The notes under the pieces were generated by a model, which was not told the DNA's origin, did no database searches, and saw only the letters and a program-made list of their open reading frames with translations. Positions 1-23,150 of a stretch of 64,000 nt of DNA are shown here, one piece after another. The DNA lies in assembly GCA_950097015.1 (NCBI GenBank), contig CATNEN010000025.1, positions 5,580,001 to 5,644,000 of the forward strand, given 5' to 3'. Position 1 is the stretch's first letter; every line of letters begins with the position of its first letter. A program made the translations under genes and the position numbers. This DNA is from Macrostomum hystrix (taxonomy: Eukaryota; Animalia; Platyhelminthes).

Positions 1-632
1 CCATGATAGTCTGATGATCCCATATCATTCTGGTCCATATCAGTCTGATGATCCCATATCAGTCTGATCCCATGTCAGCCTGATCCCCATATCAGTCTGA
101 TCCCATATCAGTCTGATCCCATATCAGTCTGATCCCATGTTAGTCTGATCCCATGTCAGTCTGATCCCATATCAGTCTGATCCCATATCAGTCTGATCCC
201 ATGATAGTCTGATGATCCCATATCAGTCTGATTCCATGTCAGTCTGATCCCATATCAGTCTGATCCCATGATAGTCTGATGATCCCATATCAGTCTGATC
301 CCATATCATTCTGGTCCATATCAGTCTGATGATCCCATATCAGTCTGATCCCATGTCAGCCTGATCCCCATATCAGTCTGATCCCATTTCAGTCTGATCC
401 CATATCAGTCTGATCCCATGTTAGTCTGATCCCATGTCAGTCTGATCCCATATCAGTCTGATCCCATATCAGTCTGATGATCCCATATTAGTCTGATCCC
501 ATATCATTCTGGTCCCATATCAGTCTGATGATCCCATATCAGTCTGATCCCATGTCAGCCTGATCCCCATATCAGTTTGATCCCATGTTAGACTGATCCC
601 ATGTCAGTCTGATCCCAAGTCAGCCTGATCCC
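1..632. repeat. Minisatellite, ~16-bp unit CAGTCTGATCCCATAT (HTT intron)
   Basis: Direct reading; ends about 10 nt before the acceptor at 643. Confidence 0.95.
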
Positions 633-643
633 TTCCCTTTCAG

Positions 644-2566
644 GCGCTGCTGCTTTCAAATCAGCTCGCCGCTATCCAATCGGGTACGTCTTCGTCAGCC
701 GCATCCGGCTCTGTTGGCGAATCGCCGGCAGGTGGCGAACAGGCCACCGCCCTAGTTAGCCAGTCCTGGTCGCGACTGGATCCGGCTCTGCGGCAGCTGA
801 GTCCGACCGACTGTCCCCTGGTTCAGATGGGCTCGCTGCACGCCGCGCTTTACCTGCTGCAGTGCCGACCGCCGCCAAGCCAGGAGGCTCTGGCTCCGCT
901 AGTCAGCTTCCTCGAGGCCGAGGTGGGCAATTTGGCGCTGACAAACCGAAGATCGGAGCGGCTGGCGTTGCTGGCTCTGTCGGCTGCTTTTCAGGTGTGT
1001 TTGAGTTTGCAATTCTGAAGTTGGGAATCACCTTTGATCTCAAGCTGGGAATCCCCTTTGATCTCAAGCTGGGAATCCCCTTCTGATCTCAAGTTGGGAA
1101 TCCCCTTCTGATCTCGAGTTGGGAATCCCCTTTGATCTCAAGCTGGGAATCCCCTTCTGATCTCAAGTTGGTAATCCCTTCTGATCTCAAGTTGGGAATC
1201 CCCTTTGATCTCAAGCTGGGAATCCCCTTCTGATCTCAAGTTGGGAATCCCCTTCTGATCTCAAGTTGGGAATTCCCTTCTGATCTCAAGTTGGGAATCC
1301 CCTTCTGATCTCGAGTTGGGAATCCCCTTTGATCTCAAGCTGGGAATCCCCTTCTGATCTCAAGTTGGTAATCCCTTCTGATCTCAAGTTGGGAATTCCC
1401 TTTGATCTCAAGCTGGGAATCCCCTTCTGATCTCAAGTTGGGAATCCCCTTCTGATCTCGAGTTGGGAATCCCCTTCTGATCTCAAGTTGGGAATTCCCT
1501 TCTGATCCCAAGTTGGGAATCCTTTTCAGATCTTAATGTATATGTTTATTACTTATATTTCGAGCCTATCTTGGGAACTAAAAAATATTATCTTAATCTT
1601 CTTTCTTCCTCTTAGGTTGCTCCTCTCTACGATGACGTCACATCTGCTCTGGTTAGCGCCACAGCCAAGCTGTGCGCCAGTCCGCGCTTGAACTATTTTG
1701 TCCAGTCCTGTTGTTCGCATGGCTGGCAGCGTCTAGTTGAACAGGCGGCCGTGCCTCAGGCGGCGCTGCAGACTCTGATAGCCAAGGTGGCGCTGAGTCC
1801 TCGCGGACCCGGCCTGTGCCACCTGACGCCTAGCCTGGCCCTGCTCGTAGCCTCCCTGGCCAAGTGTCCGGAATCGGCGGCTCTGGAACGCGTCGACTCG
1901 GCCTGCAAACTGTTGGCCAAAGCCGCCGATCCGTCCGAGGGCCTGCTCTGGTCGCGCGCTCTGCCGCCACTCATGCTGAGACTGTTTGGCCGGCAGGCCG
2001 CTCTGAACAAGGCGCTTAACCTGTTTCTGACGGCTCCAATCGCATCGCTGCCCTGGTCGGCCGCCTTGCTATTTAACACTCTAGTCGCAGACTCTCTAGT
2101 GACTTTGTCGCCTTCCAACTCCGCGTTATCCGACGACGCTAGCATAAAATTAATCTCATCAGCGTCCTCTTCATCGTCTACATCGTCTCAACTGCTGACG
2201 GAGCTGGTGATGCCTTCGTTGTCGGCCCTGCTAGTCAAGCAGGCAAAGCCATGGCCGGCTCTGTGGGCCACCACCGTTGTCCTAGCCGCCCTGTGCCCAG
2301 ACGCTTGGCTGCGCGCCGCTGGAGCCGCCCTAGTCGAAGCCGGCCCGTCCGCTTCGGTTGTGTCCGTTGTTGGCCCGGCAACCAGGTCGCTTTTCGCCGC
2401 ATCGTCGCGTCGACTTGCCAGACGATTGTCGGCCGGCGATCCGGAGGGCCGGCGCGGTCTGGACGGCATCCTGCGCTCGCTGGTTGAACTGGCCCAGCAG
2501 AAGCCGGAAGAGGACGATCAGCAGGTTGGCCAATCGGCCGCTTCCGTGATGCGAGCTCTGAGCTGA
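644..2566 (+). CDS. HTT: Huntingtin-like protein, last two exons (644-994, 1616-2566); gene starts upstream of the window
   Basis: AG/GT-bounded exons join in phase 0. The translation tracks the huntingtin C-terminal HEAT region: QMGSLHAALYLLQC ~ RVGALHGVLYVLEC; HGWQRLV ~ RGLERLL; ALERVDSACKLL...SRALPPLMLRLFGRQAALNKALNLFL ~ AMERVSVLFDRI...[26 protein letters not shown]. Stop TGA at 2564-2566. Confidence 0.8.
1017..1525. repeat. Minisatellite, ~25-bp unit GATCTCAAGTTGGGAATCCCCTTCT (HTT last intron)
   Basis: Direct reading, ~20 copies. Confidence 0.95.
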
Positions 2567-3249
2567 CTTAAGTAGTGCTCTTTGTTCGTTAGACTCTTTG
2601 TTGACACGATTCCTGTAAAGATTATTTTGAGGATATTCAGGTTGGAGGCTTACCTTTTCCTTGTTTAGTTTGTTTTTTTCGGCCAGTTTTTCGGAGATTT
2701 CCCCTAGCCCCTGTATTTTAGAAGATATTTTCAAATACAAAACTCAGAATAAAATCGATAGTGTCTATCGCATAACTAGTTAATCACAATCGATCGTTAA
2801 TTGCTTTAACCTTCATTTCGCGTGTCACTCTCACTTAATCCCATGCCATTTGTCTGCCTGGCTGATTTTCTCAATCTTTTTCTCACTAGTTTTTCTCTTA
2901 ATCGTTTAAGTCGTTATTGTATACTACTTATGAAACTCAATGTATAAGTAGCTAATAAGTGCATGGTTATGTTCTATTTTTTCCTTCAAAAAATTGTTTC
3001 TGTTGTGAATGCGTAATCTATTAAATTAAGCGTACATTCCCAGTCTATTTTTTTAGATACAGACATCCTATCGGCATGCAAGAATACTTTTATTACGTAT
3101 ATAAGACTATTTTGCTTCGCCATCCGCTATGTACTTGAAATTCCTTTCCTTATTTAACAAGTTTTATAATTAAATATGAAATAATTTAGAGACGAAAAAT
3201 CTGCATGAAATCTTGCGTCGCAAAGTGACCCTCTCAATCTATTTAATGA

Positions 3250-4028
3250 ATGTAGGAGCCTCGACAAACCCCCAGCCACTCACCCTCGCTAATGTACGCA
3301 GGAGCCTTGACAAACCCCCAGCCACTCACTCTCGCTAATGTACGCAGGAGCCTTGACAAACCCCAAGCAACTCACCCTCGCTAATGTACGCAGGAGCCTT
3401 GACAAACCCCCAGCCACTCACTCTCGCTAATGTACGCAGGAGCCTTAACAAACCCCCCAGCCACTCACCCTCGCTAATGTACGCAGGATCCTTGACAAAC
3501 CCCCGCCACTCACCCTTGCTAATGTACGCAGGATCCTCGACAAACCCCCCAGCCACCCACCCTCGCTATGTACGCAGGATCCTCGACAATCCCCCAGCCA
3601 CTCACCCTCGCTAATGTACGCAGGATCCTCGACAAACCCCCCAGCCACTCACCCTCGCTATGTACGCAGGATCCTCGACAAACCCCCCAGCCACTCACCC
3701 TCGCTAATGTACGCAGGATCCTCGACAAACCCCCCAGCCACCCACCCTCGCTATGTACGCAGGATCCTTGACAATCCCCCAGCCACTCACCCTCGCTAAT
3801 GTACGCAGGATCCTCGACAAACCCCCCAGCCACCCACCCTCGCTATGTACGCAGGATCCTCGACAATCCCCCAGTCACTCACCCTTGCTAATGTACGCGG
3901 GATCCTCGACAATCCCCCCAGCCACTCACCCTTGCTAATGTACGCGGGATCCTCGACAATCCCCCCAGCCACTCACTCTCGCTAATGTACGCAGGATCCT
4001 CGACAAACCCCCAGCCTCTCACCCTCAA
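3250..4028. repeat. Minisatellite, 46-47-bp unit (HTT-MMD spacer)
   Basis: AATGTACGCAGGATCCTCGACAAACCCCCCAGCCACTCACCCTCGCT, ~16 copies. Confidence 0.95.
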
Positions 4029-4664
4029 CCCTTTAAATTAGTTGTATTTCTTAAAGTTCTAAAAAATCAAATCCAGAATTTTTTAAATTATGTTTTCCTT
4101 GTCAACATCGGTACGAAGCGATGTTTTAATAAATTGCATAGTATCCTTACTTATTACACCCTTCAGAGTATATAACTACCAATAATTGAAGCTCTGATTA
4201 TCGTTGATGTTACAGACTCGTCAAACCATTGATTAGTTTATGATAAACTATTATTTGTGTCTTCATAGTTTTCGTCATTATATCTGTGTTTTTTTTATAT
4301 TATTCATATTTATTTCAGTTTTTTAATAAACAATATGTTTTTTGTGAGGAAAATTAATATTTATCTTGCTTATTTCCATAAAATCTTTGTTATATTATAC
4401 TCGTACAACCTTGTTTAGTTCTAGAAAGAATTTTCACTGACAAAGACATAGACAAGAAAAAACTTTATCTCTTTTTCTATTACTAGAGTGACTACCCTAC
4501 TCTTATTAGTAGTGTAGTTAGCACAGAAAGCATTAAAAACAAAAATTGAAAATATATTTAAACGGATTTTTTTCAGCGACCTCCTACTGACTCTCAGTTG
4601 AAGGCCGACCTATCCCAATAACCAAAGATAATTGGTTCCAATTGCGGCTCCAACTCTTGTTGAC

Positions 4665-7600
4665 ATGGTTGGTCTTCAGAAACAGCTAGTTAAATCAGCT
4701 AGCCAACTGAATCTTGGCAGGTAATTTGTTCATTGTTTAGCTTCCTTCATTTGTTCATTTGTTCATTGTTTTGCTTCCCCATTTATAAATTTTTCAGGGT
4801 TCATGTTAAAATGCCCCTGATATTGTCTCTGAAATTGTCGATTGTCTGTCTTTTGTACGTCTTTAAAGTTGGTGTGGAACGAAAAACACAAGTAATGAAG
4901 AAAGCGCTGCTAAAAGGGGTGGCTGCGCCGCTGTGCGGTGCGGGCCTGAGATTTTCCGTGCTGGTCTTTATAAGCGTCTTAGCCAGAGGGCGATTGCTAT
5001 TGGCTGAGGGTTATCCGAGCTCTCTTATTGGCTGGATTGAAGTTGCGAACGGAAATTCCGCGGGTTTGCCGTAATAATGGTGAAAAAACCATGGGAAACT
5101 GGCCAATGCACAGAGGCTGGCGGACACTTTAAGATTCAAGTCTAGCTTGATAACCCACTGTAAATATGTACAGAAAATATAATGTTCCAGATCAATTATG
5201 CCTTTCTTGCACTACTTACAGAATAATTTTAAAAAACTTTAAAAGTTAATCAGCTCTCTTTTCCCTCTTTCGCATCAACACAACTTAACTAGCTGGAGCC
5301 TGCTTACCAAAATAAGCAAGGCTTTTGGTAAGAATTTACATTTTGGCAAATATTTGTATTTTTTCCTGGCTTCCCAATTCCTATTGTCCTACGTGATCAT
5401 TTGTTTTATTGCGTTGATTTTCTCTGCTTTTGTCATATTTTTAATCAAAAAAAGCGTTTTTTGGAGAAGATATCTTATGAATGGTTTTTTAAATCAGTTT
5501 AAATACCACAATTATAATTGTGTTTAGAAATTTTTTGATTTAACACAGCAGTTAATGGAAGATATCAAACCGTAAATTAGCGTAATCTTAAACTGTAAAT
5601 TGCCTATCCTTAATTGTACAATCAGCTAGACTCACCTAGTTACTAATTATGCATTTACTACCAACTTTGTGTTTCTATACTTTGTATAAGTTATTTTTCA
5701 ACAAGTCTATCCAGTATCTACACACCACTATATTTTACCCGTAATATTCCTGTAGTATACCTGGAACGTTTGTGACCTAAGCTCAACTGAAATCTGCGAC
5801 CTCCTGTCCTCTTCCCCAATCTACCTCTTACCTATAATCTGTCATCTGCCCACTCTACCCCACCTAGAATCTGTCATCTGCCCACTCTACCCCACTTAGA
5901 ATCTGTCATCTACCCACTCTACCCCACTTAGAATCTGTCATCTACCCACTCTACCCCACCTGCAATATGTCATCTACCCACTCTACCCCACCTACAATCT
6001 GTCATCTACCCACTCTACCCCACTTACAATCTGTCATCTACCCACTCTACCCCACCTACAATCTGTCATCTACCCACTCTACCCCACTTACAATCTGTCA
6101 TCTACCCACTCTACCCCACCTACAATCTGTCATCTACCCACTCTTACCCACCTACAATCTGTCATCTACCCACTCTACCCCACCTACAATCTGTCATCTA
6201 CCCACTCTACCCCACCTACAATCTGTCATCTACCCACTCTACCCCACCTAGAATCTGTCATCTACCCACTCTACCCCACCTAGAATCTGTCATCTACCCA
6301 CTCTACCCCACCTAGAATCTGTCATCTACCCACTCTACCCCACCTAGAATCTGTCATCTACCCACTCTACCCCACTTACAATCTGTCATCTACCCACTCT
6401 ACCCCACCTACAATCTGTCATCTACCCACTCTTACCCACCTAGAATCTGTCATCTACCCACTCTACCCCACCTAGAATCTGTCATCTACCCACTCTACCC
6501 CACCTAGAATCTGTCATCTACCCACTCTACCCCACCTAGAATCTGTCATCTACCCACTCTACCCCACCTACAATCTGTCATCTACCCACTCTACCCCACC
6601 TAGAATCTGTCATCTACCCACTCTACCCCACCTAGAATCTGTCATCTACCCACTCTACCCCACCTAGAATCTGTCATCTACCCACTCTACCCCACCTAGA
6701 ATCTGTCATCTACCCACTCCACTACCCAAAAAAAGGTTCAAGAACCAGCGCGCGAAGCCCGGCCAGCCGTACGTGCCCACCAGCCAGGAGCATGTGGCCA
6801 ATATTGTGTCGCACATATTCATGATACCGGCCACACTATATCGGATGTGGACTCTGCTAAGCCGTTGCTCGGACGGAACCCAGGCCGTCACATCCCTAAT
6901 CTATGGCATTGCCGGCGTCTGCTTATTTCTCATCTCGTCGCTGTTTCACTTGTTTGCCTTCCGCGGCGGGCCTTGGTTAGATTTTTTTCAAATATCGCTA
7001 CTTTCTACTTTCAGTAGGACAAGTCGTATACTCGTATTAAAATGTAATGCAATTGAAAAAATATTTTTAGCCTACTGAGAGAGATATTTCATAGAGGCGA
7101 TCGAGTCTTTATCTACATTTTTATCGCCGCCAGTTATACACCCTGGTAAGTGTGTCTGCTACTCAAAAATTTTTTTGCAGTCGACGAAAATCGATTTTAT
7201 CTTTTTGCAGGCTGGTGCTGCGAGATTTTGAATTCAACACGGGTATTAGGTGCATGTACGCTATCTGGTTTGCCGCTGTGTTGGGCATCACCTATCAGCT
7301 GATTTTCCACGAAAAGTAAGAAAATAACTTTCACCAAACATATACAGTATAAATATCAGCCACGGTCTGAAGATAGGACAGTCTAATATTTTTGTTAGCC
7401 CATCAAAGTGAGCCTGAAAATAAGGCAGATAATTAGGCTAGCTAATAAAATTGAGCCTATGGGATAGGCAGTAGATTATAATATCCCGGCCAATCAGAAG
7501 TGAGCCTTAGAATAGGGCGGTAGAAAATAATCGCCAGCCAATCAGAAGTGAGCCTTAGGATAGGGCGGTAGAAAATAATCGCCAGCCAATCAGAAGTGAG

Positions 7601-8222
7601 CCTTAGGATAGGGCGGTAGAAAATAATCGCCAGCCAATCAGAAGTGAGCCTGAGGATATGGCGGTAGAAAATAATCGCCAGCCAATCAGAAGTGAGTCTG
7701 AGGATAGGGCGATCGTTTTCTTTGTTTGTCAATCAGTTTGTATGGAATTAACACTAGAGAGAGAAGCATAATTATTTAGGTAAGCAGAGGAGCCCTGATG
7801 GTATTTTATGAAAGCTAAATCAATAATTACCTGTTAGTAATTTGGGATCTAGAATGAAACCGATTTTTTTCAGGCACAAATGGCTTGAGGTCATGCTCTA
7901 TCTAATTGTTGGCATCGCGCCCGGTGTCGTCGTCAGCCTACGGATGGTGAGCTTTTGTATCTACTTGTTTATTTTACAGGTAATAAAATGCTGTCTTTGT
8001 TGACATGATTATTAACGACTGCAGAAAAATCCCGACGGCCTGACAGAGATGGCTGTTGGCGGCGCTGTCTACGTTTTCGGCGTCATCTTTTTTAAACTGG
8101 ACGGCGTGATTCCATTTGCGCACGCTATCTGGCATCTATTTGTAGTGGTTGGCGCCGTAGTCCATTTTGATGCCGTGGCCACTTATCTTGTTGGTCGCAT
8201 GCACGACGATATGGGGTTTTGA
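4665..8222 (+). CDS. MMD: MMD/PAQR (haemolysin-III family) 7TM protein; exons 4665-4720, 6737-6975, 7071-7145, 7211-7315, 7874-7946, 8025-8222
   Basis: All six exons join in frame at GT-AG introns. Motifs [48 protein letters not shown] and [19 protein letters not shown] match MMD/MMD2. Confidence 0.92.
5830..6722. repeat. Minisatellite, 32-bp unit (MMD intron 1)
   Basis: TAGAATCTGTCATCTACCCACTCTACCCCACC, ~28 copies. Confidence 0.95.
7487..7712. repeat. Minisatellite, 48-bp unit (MMD intron 4)
   Basis: CCAATCAGAAGTGAGCCTTAGGATAGGGCGGTAGAAAATAATCGCCAG, ~4.5 copies. Confidence 0.93.
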
Positions 8223-9322
8223 TTTAAGTGTCACATTTTTTTTCCTACAGTTTTACAGATTCACATACCCTTCATAAAAACTCCAAATTTATCAACCAAT
8301 CAGCGGTTTGCTGATGGGGTTAGAAATCGAAAATTGTTTTCAGCCAATCAGTTGTGGCTAAAAGGTTAGAAGTTGAAGAATTATCAGCCAATCAGTGGTG
8401 GCTAAATGGTTTGAAGTTGAAGAATTATCAGCCAATTAGAAGTTAAAGAATATCAAAAGAAGAAATGTTTTCAAAGAACGGAATTCAAAGAATATTAGCA
8501 TTCGCGAGAACATTACGCTCAGTAGTTTTAAAATAATTTATCAACGAAAACACAGTTATGGACATCATTTCCTTATACGGATTTTTTCAAACAGTCACAC
8601 TGAGGCATGTCCCCATAATGATATCCAGTATTTTGATTTTCTATAATATCAGTTTCGGCATTGAGTATTTGAATATTCAATATTTTACACAGATTTCTGC
8701 ACTCATTTACTTACTTACTTTAATGCAAGACTTTGTTAATTTATGTTAATGCTCACAGACGCACGCATAGCAACTGGTTTTTATTTTGCAAGGCCTTCTT
8801 CCTGCCTTTCCAAGTGGCCACTTTATCCTTTTTTATAGTTTTGAGCTTCTGTTGCCGGGTTCTTCTATGTTTACAATGCTTTCATTTTTAACAAGCATTT
8901 CCCTCAGTTGTAAAAAACATGTTTTATCCCTAGGAGTACGCTCGTGCACCATCGAAAATGCTGGTGCACTCCTAGTTGCTTTTAAGAATCTCAACGCCCG
9001 ACTTATAAGTGTGCTACTTTGCTTTATTAAGACAGGTGAGACACGTGAACGCAATGCTTTTCTTTAGTGGATTCTAGTGGTGCGACAGCCAATTAAATAT
9101 CTGATCGTCGGCAGCGGCAGATAAATACACTGGCATTGCTTTAAGCAACTGGTCTGCACTAACAGCTCCCTTGTTTTCTAACTCCTTCAGTTTTCTAAGC
9201 TGAACTTTTTGTTTCATAAATGCTTAAATCGGTTTTTGTTTTCATTTTTAGTTCCTTTTTAACAGAAAATACAGTTTTATTTGTAATATTTTAGGTTATT
9301 GAGGGTCTGTCTGACATTTTTG

Positions 9323-10925
9323 CAGTCTGTTTTGAGTGTCCATCGGTTGTGGGAGTCTGTTTTGAGTGTCCATCAGCATCAGTTGTGAGAGTCTGTTTTT
9401 AGTGTCCATTAGCGTAAGAGTCAGTTTTGAGTGTCCATCGGTTGTGAGAGTCTGTTTTTAGTGTCCATTAGCTGTAAAAGTCTGTTTTGGGTCTCCATTG
9501 GCTCTAAGAGTCTGTTTTGGGTGTCCATCGGTTGAGAGAGTCTGTTTTGAGTGTCCATCGGTTGTAAGAGTCTGTTTTGAGTGTCCATCGGTTGTGAGAG
9601 TCTGTTTTTAGTGTCCATTAGCTGTAAGAGTCTGTTTTGAGTGTCCATGGGTTGTGAGAGTCTGTTTTGAGTGTCCATCGGTTGTGAGAGTTTGTTTTGA
9701 GTGTCCATCGGTTGTGAGAGTCTGTTTTGAGTGTCCATCGGTTGTGAGAGTCTGTTTTGAGTGTCCATCGGTTGTGAGAGTCTGTTTTGAGTGTCCATCG
9801 GTTGTGAGAGTCTGTTTTTAGTGTCCATTAGCTGTAAGAGTCTGTTTTGAGTCTCCATTGGCTATAAGAGTCTGTTTTGAGTGTCCATCGGTTGTAAGAG
9901 TCTGTTTTGAGTGTCCATCGGTTGTAAGAGTCTGTTTTGAGTGTCCATCGGTTGTAAGAGTCTGTTTTTAGTGTCCATTAGCTGTAAGAGTCTGTTTTGA
10001 GTGTCCATGGGTTGTGAGAGTCTGTTTTGAGTGTCCATCGGTTGTGAGAGTTTGTTTTGAGTGTCCATCGGTTGTGAGAGTTTGTTTTGAGTGTCCATCG
10101 GTTGTGAGAGTCTGTTTTGAGTGTCCATCGGTTGTGAGAGTCTGTTTTTAGTGTCCATTAGCTGTAAAAGTCTGTTTTGGGTCTCCATTGGCTCTAAGAG
10201 TCTGTTTTGGGTGACCATCGGTTGAGAGAGTCTGTTTTGAGTGTCCATCGGTTGTAAGAGTCTGTTTTGAGTGTCCATCGGTTGTGAGAGTCTGTTTTTA
10301 GTGTCCATTAGCTGTAAGAGTCTGTTTTGAGTGTCCATGGGTTGTGAGAGTCTGTTTTGAGTGTCCATCGGTTGTGAGAGTTTGTTTTGAGTGTCCATCG
10401 GTTGTGAGAGTCTGTTTTGAGTGTCCATCGGTTGTGAGAGTCTGTTTTGAGTGTCCATCGGTTGTGAGAGTCTGTTTTGAGTGTCCATCGGTTGTGAGAG
10501 TCTGTTTTTAGTGTCCATTAGCTGTAAGAGTCTGTTTTGAGTCTCCATTGGCTATAAGAGTCTGTTTTGAGTGTCCATCGGTTGTAAGAGTCTGTTTTGA
10601 GTGTCCATCGGTTGTAAGAGTCTGTTTTGAGTGTCCATCGGTTGTAAGAGTCTGTTTTGAGAGTCCATCGGTTGTGAGAGTCTGTTTTGAGAGTCCATCG
10701 GTTGTAAGAGTCTGTTTTGAGTGTCCATCGGTTGTAAGAGTCTGTTTTGAGAGTCCATCGGTTGTGAGAGTCTGTTTTGAGAGTCCATCGGTTGTAAGAG
10801 TTTGTTTTGAGAGTCCATCGGTTGTGAGAGTCTGTTTTGAGAGTCCATCGGTTGTAAGAGTTTGTTTTGAGAGTCCATCGGTTGTGAGTCTGTTTTGAGT
10901 GTCCATCGGTTTGTTTTGAGAGTCA
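9323..10925. repeat. Minisatellite, 30-bp unit GTCTGTTTTGAGTGTCCATCGGTTGTGAGA
   Basis: ~53 copies; a variant block recurs at a 690-bp offset. Confidence 0.96.
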
Positions 10926-12995
10926 AGTCTGTTGCAGATTGTAGCCTCAGTTATACATTAGTTATACAGTCAGCTTGTCTTGCTGCTTTTCGCTTTAGGT
11001 ATCGTTAGCGGCGGTAATGGCAAAAGCAATACGCATTGCACTGAACCAGAAGAATGCACTGCACACGCGCACTTTTTACGTATTCTCTAAGAAGATTTGG
11101 CATTTCAGCTTTTCAAGAAGATGCCAACGTATAGACTAGTTACAAGTTTTTAAAAGAAGAAAAGAGAAAAAAAGTAACAAATTGTCTGTTTCTTTTAGTC
11201 TTGCTTCGAGGGAATAGAAAAAAGAATATCAACAGTAACGCCAATAATATTTATTATTCACTCACCTTTAGATTATGAAGACCAAAAGAAATGTGCTGTG
11301 TTATCAAATGACAAATATTGTTATTAACAGTATAACTAATTAAATAATAAATAGAGCAACTAGTCACATTTAACTATATAGAAATAGAAAAATAAGAAAA
11401 ATTAAACGACAAATGATTGGAACATTTGCATACTACTACAAAGTAACAAAGTAATAAAAGTGGAGAGATAAAAAGAGAACGTACGATAGGTCTAGACTCT
11501 AGATGTTTACAAACAAAGCCTTTTAGCACCCAGCCAAAGCAGCGATGTAGTAGTGCAACTAAAATGAAAAGTGACCAGGTTAGTTCTCTACTCATAATTT
11601 TGAGGGCGGCAAACAAGATTAGCAAACTGAAAAATAAATGACAGCTACCAGGTTCTTCAGGCCATCGCTCCTTGTAAAATTCCGTTTTGTCTGATAGTTT
11701 AACTCAGCCAATAAGAAAAGAATTAGCAGAAAATATAAAGAAAAAAAATACAACAGCTAGAGAGATGCTTAAACAAGAGTTCATTTAGTCATATTGGGGT
11801 AGTAAGTAAGTAAGATCAAGGGATAGAATGTTAAGCAGCATTATAGTATAAGCAAAAGGCACTTTTCAATTTCTTTTTCTATTATAATTTCTTACTCTAT
11901 TTGTTTATAGCAATCAAAAATTTAAAGTGTACAGTATCATAACAGTTAAGTACAAATATCAGATTTTAATATAGACTTCTTCTAATAGTAGACACAGCCA
12001 GCTGTCATCAATAGCGATCTGATTTGCAAACTTTTGTCCAATCAGATTGGGAGAAGTAGAAAGGAGAGAAAAACTGCGCGAAGCAAATAATTGTGACTTA
12101 AAATAAGGAAAATATCATTAGATACTTATAATATAAATAGCAGTTTGATTAAATTTGTGCTAAACCGTTTGTTTATATAAATAATGTAAGTAAAAACGAA
12201 AAATATCTATATAGAGAATATTATCATCTTTGATTGATGATGGTTGAACGATTTCTTGCTTGGTTTAATACGGGCTAGCTTGTGAAAGAGACTTAAACCA
12301 CACTGCTCAAAAAGTTCTCAAAAAAAGTTATTTTCTTCGCAAAACAAAAAAGTTGCTGAATCAAGCGGCCGAATATAAATATATATATCAAAGATTAATA
12401 ATAACAATAAGATATGAGTTTGCCTCAATCTGCTTTTTATTTCTCGAAAATCCTAATTATTTAGTGGTGACGAAACGCGAAGAAAATATTGTTGCCTAAG
12501 TCGCCTTCTTGCCCGTCTCTTAGCCCATTGAGACAGAAAATAAACTAGCGAGATAGAATTAAAAATAGTAAGATAATATGATAGACACTATATTAAAGAG
12601 AAGACAAAAATGATTTCTATTATTTAGTACTAAGCAGGTTATAGTGGAGTAAATTACTCAGATATGATAACTCTAATTTTTTTAATCTCTCATTCTTTCT
12701 GTAAGCATCTGTAAGAAAATTATTTTACAACATTATATATCCTATGGGACTCTCAAAAAAGGTTTTTGAGAGATTTCCCATTCCCCAAGGACACGCAAAT
12801 TTGTTTCCCTTGTAAATGGGATTTCCCTATAGGATTCCCTAAGGAAACGCAAGGCGCAAAAACGCTTAAAGGGATTTATTCTCCAAGGAATTCTCCAAGA
12901 AGCAATATAGATTCCCTAACAATTATTCTCCTCCAATCGGTCTTAAAAAAAGAAAAATAGTTCATTTCGAAATGAGCTAAAAATAGTCGTCAAGT

Positions 12996-23150
<10,155 letters not shown>

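Noticed and set aside
9421-10926. Long repetitive ORFs (MDTQNRLSQP...)
   Set aside because: They are translations of the 30-bp minisatellite; open frames follow from a stop-free unit.
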